From Thalia democratica (lineage: Eukaryota), in NCBI GenBank assembly GCA_965202585.1, contig OZ241828.1:56978001-57042000 (forward strand): a stretch of 64,000 bases of DNA, written 5' to 3'. A program made the translations under genes and the position numbers. The notes beneath the pieces were generated by a model. It did not search any database, was not told the DNA's origin, and was given only the letters and a program-made list of their open reading frames with translations. Of this stretch, positions 1 to 11,221 are shown in pieces (the stretch's first letter is position 1; every line of letters starts with the position of its first letter).

Positions 1-2097
1 ATGAAGGTGTACCACAAAATATTCCGCCTCAAAGATGAGAACAACGAAGAAGTGGGAGTGATGCTCATCGACTGCAAAGGGTTCCACGGCCGAGACCTGA
101 CGCTTTCCGACGCGGCAAAAATTTTCACTCTGAGCAGTTTCGTGAGCGGTTTGCAAATCTACAACTTGGAGAAACGAATAAGAGCCGAGGACCTGCACTT
201 TCTCGATCTTGTTTGCACTTGTAGCAAGCTTGTTTCAGATACCAAGCCTTTCAGCGACCTCGGTTTGTTAATAAGAGATTACAACAATGCAAGCGACCTA
301 AACTTCAACGGAGATGTAGAAGGAAGGTTTTATTGGGGATCGTGGCTGAGGCGATCACAAAGCAATGACCTCGGATCAATACAAAATCGTCTTGCCAGTT
401 GTTTTGAGAGTGTAAATTGTTTTTCGTTTCCCAGTCCTGGAAACCTGATAAGTAGTAGGAGAACAAACGATGCCTTTACAGCTCAAGTAGATCAAAGATT
501 TAAAGAAAAAGTTCAAAGTTACGTCGCGAACATTTGCAGAAACTTGAAAGCTAAACAGGTCGATAGACACAGCATAAACTGTTCGCAGTTACTACAACGT
601 TTTCAAGAAAAATTTGATGAGGTAAGCAATCAAAGTATCTTTGATTTAAAACTCTGGAAGCATTCTGTGTCACATGATTACTATGAAGAAAAAGCTTTTA
701 AACTTTACAAGTTGTTTTGCGACCAAATTGGCACTAGTTTAGGTGGTGAACATTCTGATTATGAAGCTTGTAGGCAAGATAAACTACAGCAATTTGACAA
801 TTTAAAGGACTTAGGTTGTATTGAAATAAGAGAAAAGTGCAGAAAAAAGCTAGATGAAGACATGACAATTAAAATTGATGAAACGAAAAAGATTGTGCTT
901 GTTATTGAAAAAGTAAAAAGCACAAAGATAAACTGGAATAATCACCTTAGAAGCTTTTATACTTTTGCTAAACCATTTTTAGTAGTAGTTTTACTTGTTT
1001 TGTCAAATGCTGCGCTTAATACAAGCAGTTTAAAACAAAATGAAAATTTTGAAGTTTCAGAAGTGGAGGTGGTAAACTTTTTCAAAACAACAGTAGAAGA
1101 TTGCTTTGGCATTTACAAAGAAGAGTTAAACTCTAAAAAGTATAAAATTAAAAGTTCTGATCATTTACATGAAGTAGCTTTAAAAGCAATGGACAATGCA
1201 CTGACAAGGTTTAATGATGAGCTTGCTACTTTCAAGACAGATATGAGTATTAACAAAATATCTTTATCTTCAAAAGAATTAGTTAACAGAAACAACACAA
1301 AGTACAAGTCGAAGCTTAAAGAAAAACTTTATAGCTTTTACGTCACTTTGAAAAACCAGTTTGCTGAAGAGTTTGAACTATCAGAAAAAGAAACAAATCT
1401 TATTGAAAACTTTTACAAAGCAAGAGCAAATGAAGTTTTAAGAGTTTACGATGAAAAAATTGCAGATTTTATTCAAAACAAGCCATCAACTGATGAACTA
1501 GTTTCGTTTTTAATAAAATTAAAAGATAGTCTTTTAACAAAATACAAAGATTCAGTACTTGTAGGTAAATTAGCTTCGAACTTTGAATTTAAGCTTCTAA
1601 ACCCAAATGAAAATCAAGTCAAAAATGAATTAAAAAATCAATTATACCAAAGGATGAACGAAAAATACCTAAATGCAAACAATTTAGATGAAAGTTCTCA
1701 CTTTAAATCTAAAACAGAAAACTTCTCAGAAGTTATTGAACACGGGTACTTTTATCCAGTAAAAAACGTTCTGTTTACTCTAGTTATTTACTTGTACTGG
1801 ATTTTTTGTTGTTCAACAAGTGGATGTGTTTTGTATGATTTAATAATTTTAAAGTTTTATAAAGTTAAATATTCAATTAGTATCTTTTTCTTTGCAATAA
1901 CAATCTGTACATCTTTGTATATTATCCAACTATATGTGTACACTTATACCCTTGATGCTTCTCATGTTGTGTTCACAACAACAATTGCTTATGGTACCAA
2001 ATACGGAAATTCTACGTTACATGATTATTTAACGAATTGTTGGGTTTTATACAATGTTATTCGTACATTGGTATACATTTTGCAATTATTAAATTAA
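1..2097 (+). CDS. Atlastin/GBP-family (dynamin-like) GTPase-like membrane protein, copy 1; 5'-truncated by window edge; intronless
   Basis: Open 698-codon frame with atlastin-type motifs LIDCKG (G3 DxxG), KIFTLSSFVSGLQIYNL, EDLHFL, LLIRDY (G4 RD) and SCFESVNCFSFPSPG, followed by helical segments, one internal hydrophobic stretch and several C-terminal hydrophobic stretches. Base 1 matches position 5880 of copy 2, so the true start should lie about 294 nt upstream of the window. Confidence 0.85.
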   Translation: MKVYHKIFRLKDENNEEVGVMLIDCKGFHGRDLTLSDAAKIFTLSSFVSGLQIYNLEKRIRAEDLHFLDLVCTCSKLVSDTKPFSDLGLLIRDYNNASDLNFNGDVEGRFYWGSWLRRSQSNDLGSIQNRLASCFESVNCFSFPSPGNLISSRRTNDAFTAQVDQRFKEKVQSYVANICRNLKAKQVDRHSINCSQLLQRFQEKFDEVSNQSIFDLKLWKHSVSHDYYEEKAFKLYKLFCDQIGTSLGGEHSDYEACRQDKLQQFDNLKDLGCIEIREKCRKKLDEDMTIKIDETKKIVLVIEKVKSTKINWNNHLRSFYTFAKPFLVVVLLVLSNAALNTSSLKQNENFEVSEVEVVNFFKTTVEDCFGIYKEELNSKKYKIKSSDHLHEVALKAMDNALTRFNDELATFKTDMSINKISLSSKELVNRNNTKYKSKLKEKLYSFYVTLKNQFAEEFELSEKETNLIENFYKARANEVLRVYDEKIADFIQNKPSTDELVSFLIKLKDSLLTKYKDSVLVGKLASNFEFKLLNPNENQVKNELKNQLYQRMNEKYLNANNLDESSHFKSKTENFSEVIEHGYFYPVKNVLFTLVIYLYWIFCCSTSGCVLYDLIILKFYKVKYSISIFFFAITICTSLYIIQLYVYTYTLDASHVVFTTTIAYGTKYGNSTLHDYLTNCWVLYNVIRTLVYILQLLN

Positions 2098-5000
2098 ATA
2101 AAAGATTAAATAAACAATTTCAACTTTTTTTCTTTAACATAATCAAAGCTAAGAGAAGTTGAAAACTGCTTGAAAAAAGAAAAATTTTTGAAATACACTG
2201 GCTATAGTTTTATTTTAATAGCAAATTGTTTATAAAATGTTTCATAAAATATTACGGAGACTTATATGTTGTACTTTTTGAAATACTTTTTGACAAGTGT
2301 AATTTATTTTAATTGAACAAAAACATCAGATAAAATATAATAGATAATTTTACTAACTACCAAGCAAGGTGTGAAGTTTACAAAAACAACGTGAAATAAA
2401 ATAATAAACTTTGTGTTCTTGTTTTTGTGGAAGATATTTTTTTCTTTGAACAAAACTTTTAAACAATTCTCAAAAAATATTTTAAAGAAAATATTGGTGT
2501 TATTGAATAAGGATTTAAAAATTTAAGTAAAATAATTAAAACAGCATCTGAATGACATAAAAAATGCATTGTAAAGTTTAAAAGTACTAAAAAGTTTACT
2601 TTTCTTATAAGATCTTTTAATAAACTAAAACTGCTTTAAAACCATTTTATCAAAAAGTTTAATTTGTTTCAAAGTATTTCAAAATGAAAGTCCGTTGATA
2701 TTAAAACGTAAATTTTACAAGCTGTATAAAGTAAGCTAACAATATACTTTTAGCTAGAACAATATTTGTTTTAATATATAAGATTATAAAAATACATAAA
2801 TTTATCTTAACAAAAATCTAATACTTATCATATTATTTCATACTGATAAGAGCCACTGTTATTTTAAAGAACACTTAAAATGAATAACTTCAATGAAGAA
2901 GTATTTTAAAGAATTAAAAACAAAACCAGAACTTTGGAATCAAAACTTACATTTGCTTTATTAAAAAGCTTTTAGTTAAAATGTTATACTGTTTTCAGTT
3001 ATATTTTCAATTGTTTAAATCAAATAAAACAAGTTTTTTCTGTAAACAGCTAAAAAATTTCATGAATCACCCATGATAAGTAGTGTGCATAGAAGCTATT
3101 TAGCTGTGCACAGAAAGTTTATTACGGTAAAGAAATATTACTATTAACGTTTATATTTTCTTTCTGTTAGAAAAAACATATTTATTTTACAAATTAACAG
3201 TTATTTTCACGTTATTTAAAATACTAAAAACATTAGAAAAAATGTGTTTTAAAAGATAAGTTTCGTTTTATTCCAAAGTATAAGGCTTTTAAAAACATTG
3301 AGACACTTTTATCTAGATTAAAGAACGAACTTAAAAAACTAAGCATATTTGACTTTCAGAAATCTGGTATACGCTACTTTAAAAAAAGGCATCGTAAAAT
3401 ACTTTTTTTTTTAATTATATTTATTAGTCATAAATACGCAGCATCTCAAAAAAAAGTCTAACTATAGCTGTTCCTAAAAAAAAATTTTCTTTTCTCCACA
3501 GAACAAAAAAAAATTATCAAACGGTAACTAATTCGTTTTAAAGCTGCCTAAGCTGAATTTTTTTATATTTCCGGACTACACTCGTCTGTACTTTGTAAAA
3601 TTATAACTTAACTCAACTTTTAAACTGCATCATTAATGTTGTAGTCTTCTTTAGAAAAAAAAAAATATATAGGTCATAATAGTCTGACTTGTATAAGAAA
3701 ATGTTTTATTAGCATTTACAGCTTGTTTGTTTTTTGTGTTTCTTCATCCAACAATTCAAATTTTATAGTTATAACAAACCTAATGAAAAACTAATAGTTC
3801 TACTATGAATAGTATATATATAACAAAATAATTATGATACACCATAAAAGATATTCTAAAGTTAATACAGTTACTGTCAAGTAAATTGTTTACATTTAAT
3901 TTTCTACTTAATATTGATGCATAACTTACAACAAAAGTTTTCAGGATTATGCAAAGATGACTGGATACAGCTGTTTTTTTATTGAAAAAGTTTAGACAGT
4001 TTTTAAGTAAAGATTATTTTTGTTTAGCTCTTTTTTGTTACTTAAGTATTTTTTAGAAACAGACAACAGTTTAATATTATTCTAAAATCAGATAAGATTT
4101 TAATTCAACCTGCTACGGACGATTTAAAAAAAAGTACTAAAGTCATTAAAATAATAGTAAGAACTGTTATTAATAAAATTTTGTTCTAGTATTAACTTAA
4201 TTAATTTAAATAAACTAAAACCAAACTACTGAAGTACTATTTTATTTTAAAAAATGTTCCTGGTTGTGAGAATTAGAACTATTGTCAGTTAAAAAAGAAG
4301 CTTGATTAAAAATTTAGTAAAAAGCTGCTCTTAAGCTTTTGAAAAAGTATACTTTTGAGCCTACTGGTTTAAAACTACAATGCTTTGTATCAAATTACTT
4401 TTATCAAATTAAGGATTTTAATTGTCCATTAAATTTAAAAAACCTCGTTGAATTATTTAATTTTAATGTTTTATTTGAACTGAAAAATAAACTTTAGGCG
4501 TTTTGATTATAAACATCGTAAAATTATTTTAGAGTATAATTCTGAAAGTAATTAATACTTTCTAACTTTAACTAGTACTGCTTTTAAAATCGTTGAAAGT
4601 TTTGTTACCTTGTTTATAAAACATTCTATTTTGAAAAGAAACAAAACATTTTTAACAAAAACTTTCTTTTGGAAAACCAAACGAACTTCAAAAACTCAAT
4701 GATTGTAATACTTTTAGTCGAACTACATAACTTTTAATTTTGTTATGCTTCAAAAGTATACAATCAATACTTAAACATTTTATTTTAGACAAGAAAACAG
4801 GTCTTTATGGCGTGCATATGTGCACAGAAATTATTTTATACAAAAATTGTCTTATTTAATTATTTCAAATTTTTATTGTCTATTACGCACAGATGTTTTC
4901 CAGTATTAAATTTTAAATAGATTTTTAAAATATTAAACTACAAATCAAATATTTGTTATTATTGAATTATTATTGAACAAAAAATTAATGTTTGTAATTA

Positions 5001-5585
5001 CATCATTATTTGTTTGCCATTTAGTCTACTAATATTTACGTAAAAAATTAAAACTTTAATTTATTAACTGATTTTATATTGTTATATGAAAGAGTTTTTA
5101 AAAATTATAGAAAACTATAGCTGAAATTTTAAAAATAACTGACAAAAAAATTAAAAAATTTGTCATAAATTTCAATTATTACAAAACCTTCTTTAAAAGA
5201 TATTGTTTTATAATAAGTGATAATTTTTAAGAACAAATGAGATTTGTTTCATATTCAAAATTTATAAACAACGATTACTCCAGTTTATATATAAAAGTTA
5301 AATTTAACATTTTTTGAAAATTTGTAATGTAAAATTAAACTCTATAGGTCTGTGAATCATAAAATTAAATGTTATCTGTCTTAAGAAAGCTTAATGCAAA
5401 AGATGTATATCATTGAATAAATATTTCAGGTGAAATACTGATTTCTATAATAAAAATATATTTTGAGTATGCTGACGAAAACTACCTTTAATTTTACAAT
5501 TTACAGTTTAAGTACTCAAAATGTTAACAAAACCAAAACTTAAAACAAATTCTAGCAATTTGAGTTTAAACTGAATGTGGTAAAC

Positions 5586-8026
5586 ATGGAAAGAACAGCC
5601 ACCGTGGTGGAAAAGGACCCGATCACCAATCACCTTCGCTTCCACCCCGCCAGACTGGAAAACCTCATCCGGGACAATTTCGCAGAAAACCTACTTATAA
5701 TGCCCATATCAATAGCAGGACCATATTCCACTGGGAAGTCGTTTTTCATGAACTTCATGGTGAAGCTGCTGAACGGAACGAACTCTGACGACTGGATCGA
5801 AGCAGAGACCGAGAGTGTGAGATTGAACCTCAACGCGATGACTATCGGAAGTGGGGATTCCCTTAATGTAGGTTGCTGCATGAAGGTGTACCACAAAATA
5901 TTCCGCCTCAAAGATGAGAACAACGAAGAAGTGGGAGTGATGCTCATCGACTGCAAAGGGTTCCACGGCCGAGACCTGACGCTTTCCGACGCGGCAAAAA
6001 TTTTCACTCTGAGCAGTTTCGTGAGCGGTTTGCAAATCTACAACTTGGAGAAACGAATAAGAGCCGAGGACCTGCACTTTCTTGATCTTGTTTGCACTTG
6101 TAGCAAGCTTGTTTCAGATACCAAACCTTTCAGTGACCTCGGTTTGTTAATCAGAGACTACAACAATGCAAGCGACCTAAACTTCAACGGAGATGTAGAA
6201 GGATGGTTTTATTGGGGATCGTGGCTGAGGCGGTCACAAAGCAATGACTTTGGTTCGTTGAAAAATCGTCTTAATAGCTGTTATGAGAATGTAAATTGTT
6301 TTGCGTTGCCCAGTCCTGGAAATCTAGTTAGTATTGGTAGACCCAATGATGTTTCTACATGTCAAATAGATCACAGATTTGAAGAAAATGTTCAAAGTTA
6401 CGTCGCGAACATTTGCAGAAACTTGAAAGCTAAACAGGTTGATGGGCACAGCATAAACTGTTCGCAGTTACTACAAAGTTTTCAAGACAAGTTTGATGAG
6501 GTAAGCAATCAAAGTATCTTTGATTAAAACTCTGGAAGCATTCTGTGTCACATGATTACTATGAAGAAAAAGCTTTTAAACTTTACAAGTTGTTTTGCGA
6601 CCAAATTGGCACTAGTTTAGATAATGAACATTCTGATTATGAAGCTTGTAGACAAGATAAATTACAGCAATTTGACAACTTAAAAGACTTAGGTTGTATT
6701 GAAATAAGAGAAAAGTGCAGAAAAAAGCTAGATGAAGACATGACAACTAAAACTGATGTAACAAAAAAAAAAGCGCTTGATTTTAAAAGAATAAAAAGTA
6801 CCAACAACAACTCGAACAATTACTTAAGAAGCTATTTTACTTCTAATAAAACATTTGTAATAGTAATTTTACTTATTTTATCAAATACTGCGCTTAATAC
6901 AAGCAATTCAAAAGTGAATGAAAATTTTGAAGTTTCAGATGTTGAGGTGGAAACCTTTTTTAAAACAACAGTAGAAGATTGCTTTGGCATTTACAAAGAA
7001 GAGTTAAACTCTAGAAAATATAAAATTATAAGTTCTGATCATTTACATGAAGTAGCTTTAAAAGCAATGGAAAATGCACTGACAAGGTTTAATGATGATG
7101 TTACTACTTTCAAGACAGATATAAAAATTAACAAAGTTTCTTTATCTTCAAAAGAACTAGTTTACAGTAACAACACAAAGTACAAGTCAAAGCTTAAAGA
7201 AAAACTTTATAGCTTTTACGTTACTTTAAAACATCAGTTTACTGAAGAGTTTGAAAGATTAGAGAAAGAAACAAATATTATTAAAAACTTTTACAGAGCA
7301 AAAGCAAAGGAAGTTTTAAGAACTTACGATGAAAAAATAGCAGATTTTATTCAATACAAGCCATCAAATGATGAACTAGTTTCGTTTTCAAAAAAATTAA
7401 AAGACACACTTTTAACTAAATACGAAGATACAGAATTCGTAGATATAGTATCTTCGATTTTTAAGTTTAAACTTTTAAAACCAAATGAAAATCGAGTGAA
7501 AAACGAAATATTTAATCAGTTATATCAAAGAACGAACGAAAACAACTTAAATGCAAACAATGAAGAAGAAAGTTCTCACTTTAAATCTACAATAGAAAAC
7601 TTCTCAAAAATTATTGAACAAGGGTACTTTTATACAGTGATAAACGGTCTGTTAACTCTAGTTAACTACTTGTACTGGAGTTGTTGTTCAGTAGTAAGCA
7701 TACATTTTTTTCGTTATCTATTCTCCGAAAGCTTCAAAATTAAATTTTCATTCAAGAACTTTTTCTTAGCATTAACAATATGTACATCTTTGTATATTAT
7801 GCAACTATATGTTTACTCTTATACCCTTGATGCTGCTCATGTTGTGTTTATGCCTGCAACAATTGCTTTTAATCTAAAATACATTGTTGGGTTTATGTTT
7901 GCAACACTTGCGGGTAAAATAAAAACTGTGATGTTTGAAATTACGGTGTTTTGTTATTTGATGATATTTTGGGCTCTGTACAGTGTTGTTCGTACACTTA
8001 CCTACTTTTTGCAGTTAATGTTTTAA
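5586..8026 (+). pseudogene. Atlastin-like GTPase copy 2, interrupted by one 1-nt deletion at about 6524 (pseudogene, split gene or homopolymer error)
   Basis: ATG at 5586; P-loop ISIAGPYSTGKSFFMN. Colinear with copy 1, whose TTTGATTTAAAACTC reads TTTGATTAAAACTC here, giving TAA at 6525-6527. The downstream frame 6545-8026 resumes the copy-1 protein. No other lesion seen. Confidence 0.75.
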
Positions 8027-8767
8027 GTTAAAGATTAGAAATACTTTTTTAAACTAAATTATTAACTTTTTTATTATATCGAATTAAAAAAGAAGTTAAA
8101 AACTGTTTGAAAAACGTAAAAGTTAAAAAAATGCTGATTATAATTTTGAGTTGTAGTAGCCAAATGTTTGTAAAGTGTTATATTAAAATATTTCAGATAC
8201 TTTTTTATACGCATATTTTTGACAATTGTTCATTCATTAATTTTTAATAAAACAACAAAAGAACTTACAATTCATAATTCTACTTACTACAAAGCAATAT
8301 TTTCCAAAGTTAAAAAATAACTCAAAATAAAAAATTTCAAATGAATGTTCCTGTTTTTGCAGAGGCTATTATTTTGCTCAAAAATACTTTCAAACTGTTC
8401 AAAAAAAATATTTTTCAGATAAAAACTTAGTTGTATTTTTGTACTAAAAAACTATTAAAACTTGATAAGTTAGGTGAAAAAATAAAATGATATTTATATA
8501 AAAAAGAAAATACTTTATAAAGTTTTTTTTTATCATCTGTTTTTAGACAATTTTAAAAAGTAATTTTTAAATGTATGTATGTCCTAAAAGTTTTAGAACA
8601 ACCAAACAAACATGTTTGTTTAAGGTTTAAATCGTTAGAAAGATATACAAAACATCTATATACAAGCTTTAACAAAACAATTCACAGCTAATATATTTAA
8701 AATTACCAATACTGCGTATATCTAATACAGATTTTGACTAATTAGATTTAAACTAAATGTAGTAAAC

Positions 8768-11221
8768 ATGGAAAGAACAGTCACCGTGGTGTGGAAAAGG
8801 ACCCGATCACCAACCACCTTCGCTTCCACCCCGCTAGACTGGTAAACCTTACCCGGGACAATTTCGCCGAAAACCTACTTATAATGCCCATATCAATAGC
8901 AGGACCATATTCCACTGGAAAGTCGTTTTTCATGAACTTCATGGTGAACCTGCTGAACGGAACGAACTCTGACGACTGGATCGAAGCAGAGAGCGAAAGT
9001 GTGAGTTTGAACCTCGACGCGATGACTATCGGAAGTGGGGATTTCCCTAATGTAGGATGCTGCATGAAGGTGTACCACAAAATATTCCGCCTCAAAGATG
9101 AGAACAACGAAGAAGTGGGAGTGATGCTCATCGACTGCAAAGGGTTCCACGGCCGAGACCTGAAAATTTTCACTCTGAGCAGTTTCGTGAGCGGTTTGCA
9201 AATCTACAACTTGGAGAAACGAATAAGAGCCGAGGACCTGCACTTTCTCGATCTTGTTTGCACTTGTAGTAAGCTTGTTTCAGATACCAAGCCTTTCAGC
9301 GACCTCGGTTTGTTAATCAGAGATTACAACAATGCAAGCGACCTAAACTTCAACGGAGATGTAGAAGGAAGGTTTTATTTGGGATCGTGGCTGAGGCGAT
9401 CACAAAGCAATGACTTTGGTTTGTTGAAAAATCGTCTTGCCAGTTGTTATGAGAGCGTAAATTGTTTTGCGTTGCCCAGTCCTGGAAACCTGATGAGTAG
9501 TAAGAGAACAAACGATGCTTTACAGCTCAAGTAGATCAAAGATTTAAAGAAAATGTTCAACATTACGTCGCGAACATTTGCAGAAACTTGAAAGCTAAAC
9601 AGGTCGATGGACACAGCATAAACTGTTCGCAGTTACTACAACGTTTTCATGACACATTTGACGAAATAAAAAGTTAAAGTATATTTGATTTAAAACTTTG
9701 GAAGCATTCAGTGTCACGTGACTACTATGGAGAAAATTCTACAAGACCTTACAAGTTGTTTTGCGACCAAACTAGAACGAGTTTAGATAATGAACATTCT
9801 GATTATGAAGCTTGTAGACAAAAAAAATTACAGCAATATGACAATTTAAAGGACTTAGGTTGTAATGAAATGGGAGTAAAGTGCAGAAAAAAGCTAGATG
9901 AAAGCATAAAAAACAAAGTTGATAAAACAAAAAAAAAACTTATTTTTGAAAGGGTGAAAAGAACAAATAAAAACTCGAACAATTACCTAAAAAACTTATC
10001 TACTTCTTTTAAAGCATTTGTAGTAGTAATTTTACTTGTTCTATCAAATACTGCACTTAATACAAAAAATTCTAAAGTAAATGATATTATCGAAATTTCA
10101 GAATTTGAATTTGAAAGCTTTTTTAAAACAACAGTAGAAAATTGTTTTGTTATTTATAAAGAAGAGCTAAGCTCTAAGATGTATAAAACTAAAAAGTCTG
10201 ATCATTTAAATGAAGTAGCTTTAAAAGCAATGGACAATGCACTGACAAAGTTTAATAAGGAGGTTACTACTTTCAAGACTGAAATGAATATTAACAAAAT
10301 GTGTTTATTTTTAAAAGAATTAGTTAACAAAAACAACACAAAGTACAAGTTGAAGCTTAAAGAAAAACTTTATAGCTTTTAAGTCACTTTGAAAAATCAG
10401 TTTGCTGAAGAGTTCGAAAGATCAAAAGAAACGAATCTTATTGAAAAGTTTTATAAAGCAAGAGCAAATGAAGTTTTAAGAGTTTACGATGAAATAATTG
10501 CATATTTTGTTCAATACAAGCCATCAAATGATGAACTAGTTTCATTTTCGAAACAATTAAAAGACAGTCTTTTAATTAAATACGAAGATTCAGTATTTTT
10601 AGATAAAATATCTTCAAATTTTAAATTTAAACTTTTAAAACCAAATGAAAACCAAGTGAAAAACAAAATATTTAATCAGTTATATCAAAGAACGAACGAA
10701 AACAACTTAGATGCAAACAATGAAGAAGAAAGTTCTCACTTTAAATCTACAATAGAAAACTTCTCAAAAATTATTGAACAAGGGTACTTTTATACAGTGA
10801 TAAACGGTCTGTTAACTCTAGTTATTTCCTTATACTGGATTTTTTTTTTTTTCTAATTAGCGGATGTTTTTTACATGAACTAACCTTTGAAAAATTTAAA
10901 ATTAAACTTCGTATTAAGAAATTTTTATTACCAATAACAACATGTACATCTTTGTATATTATCCAACTATATGTGTACTCTTACACCCTTGATGCTGCTC
11001 ATGTTGTGTTTATACCAGCATTTATTGGTTGTAATCAAAAATTCATGGTTACGTTACAGATTTTAACATTTCCTCCTAAATTAAAATTGATAACTTTAAA
11101 ATTTAGGGCGTTTGATCATTTACTTATAATTTGGGCTTTGTATAGTGTTATTCGTGCATTTACCTGCTTTTTGCAGCTAATATTTTATATACTATATACT
11201 TTAGTGATATACTTCATTTGA
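8768..11221 (+). pseudogene. Atlastin-like GTPase copy 3, multiply disrupted pseudogene
   Basis: ATG at 8768, then a 2-nt GT insertion at about 8790, an 18-nt in-frame deletion (TLSDAA) near 9160, a 1-nt deletion near 9517, in-frame TAA at 9675-9677 and 10380-10382, and a frameshift in the T-run near 10850. Confidence 0.88.

Noticed and set aside
617-630. Consensus-like donor GAG|GTAAGC in GTPase copies 1 and 2 (also 6498-6506)
   Set aside because: Copy 1 reads through in frame with continuous atlastin similarity, copy 3 lacks the site, and no partner acceptor restoring frame was identified.
5630-9243. Antisense ORFs over the GTPase 5' regions (and similar shadow ORFs over exons at 12.4, 13.6-14.1, 25.1, 46.4, 48.4 and 60.5-62.8 kb)
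   Set aside because: They overlap well-supported coding exons; stop-poor opposite frames are expected there and carry no recognisable motifs.
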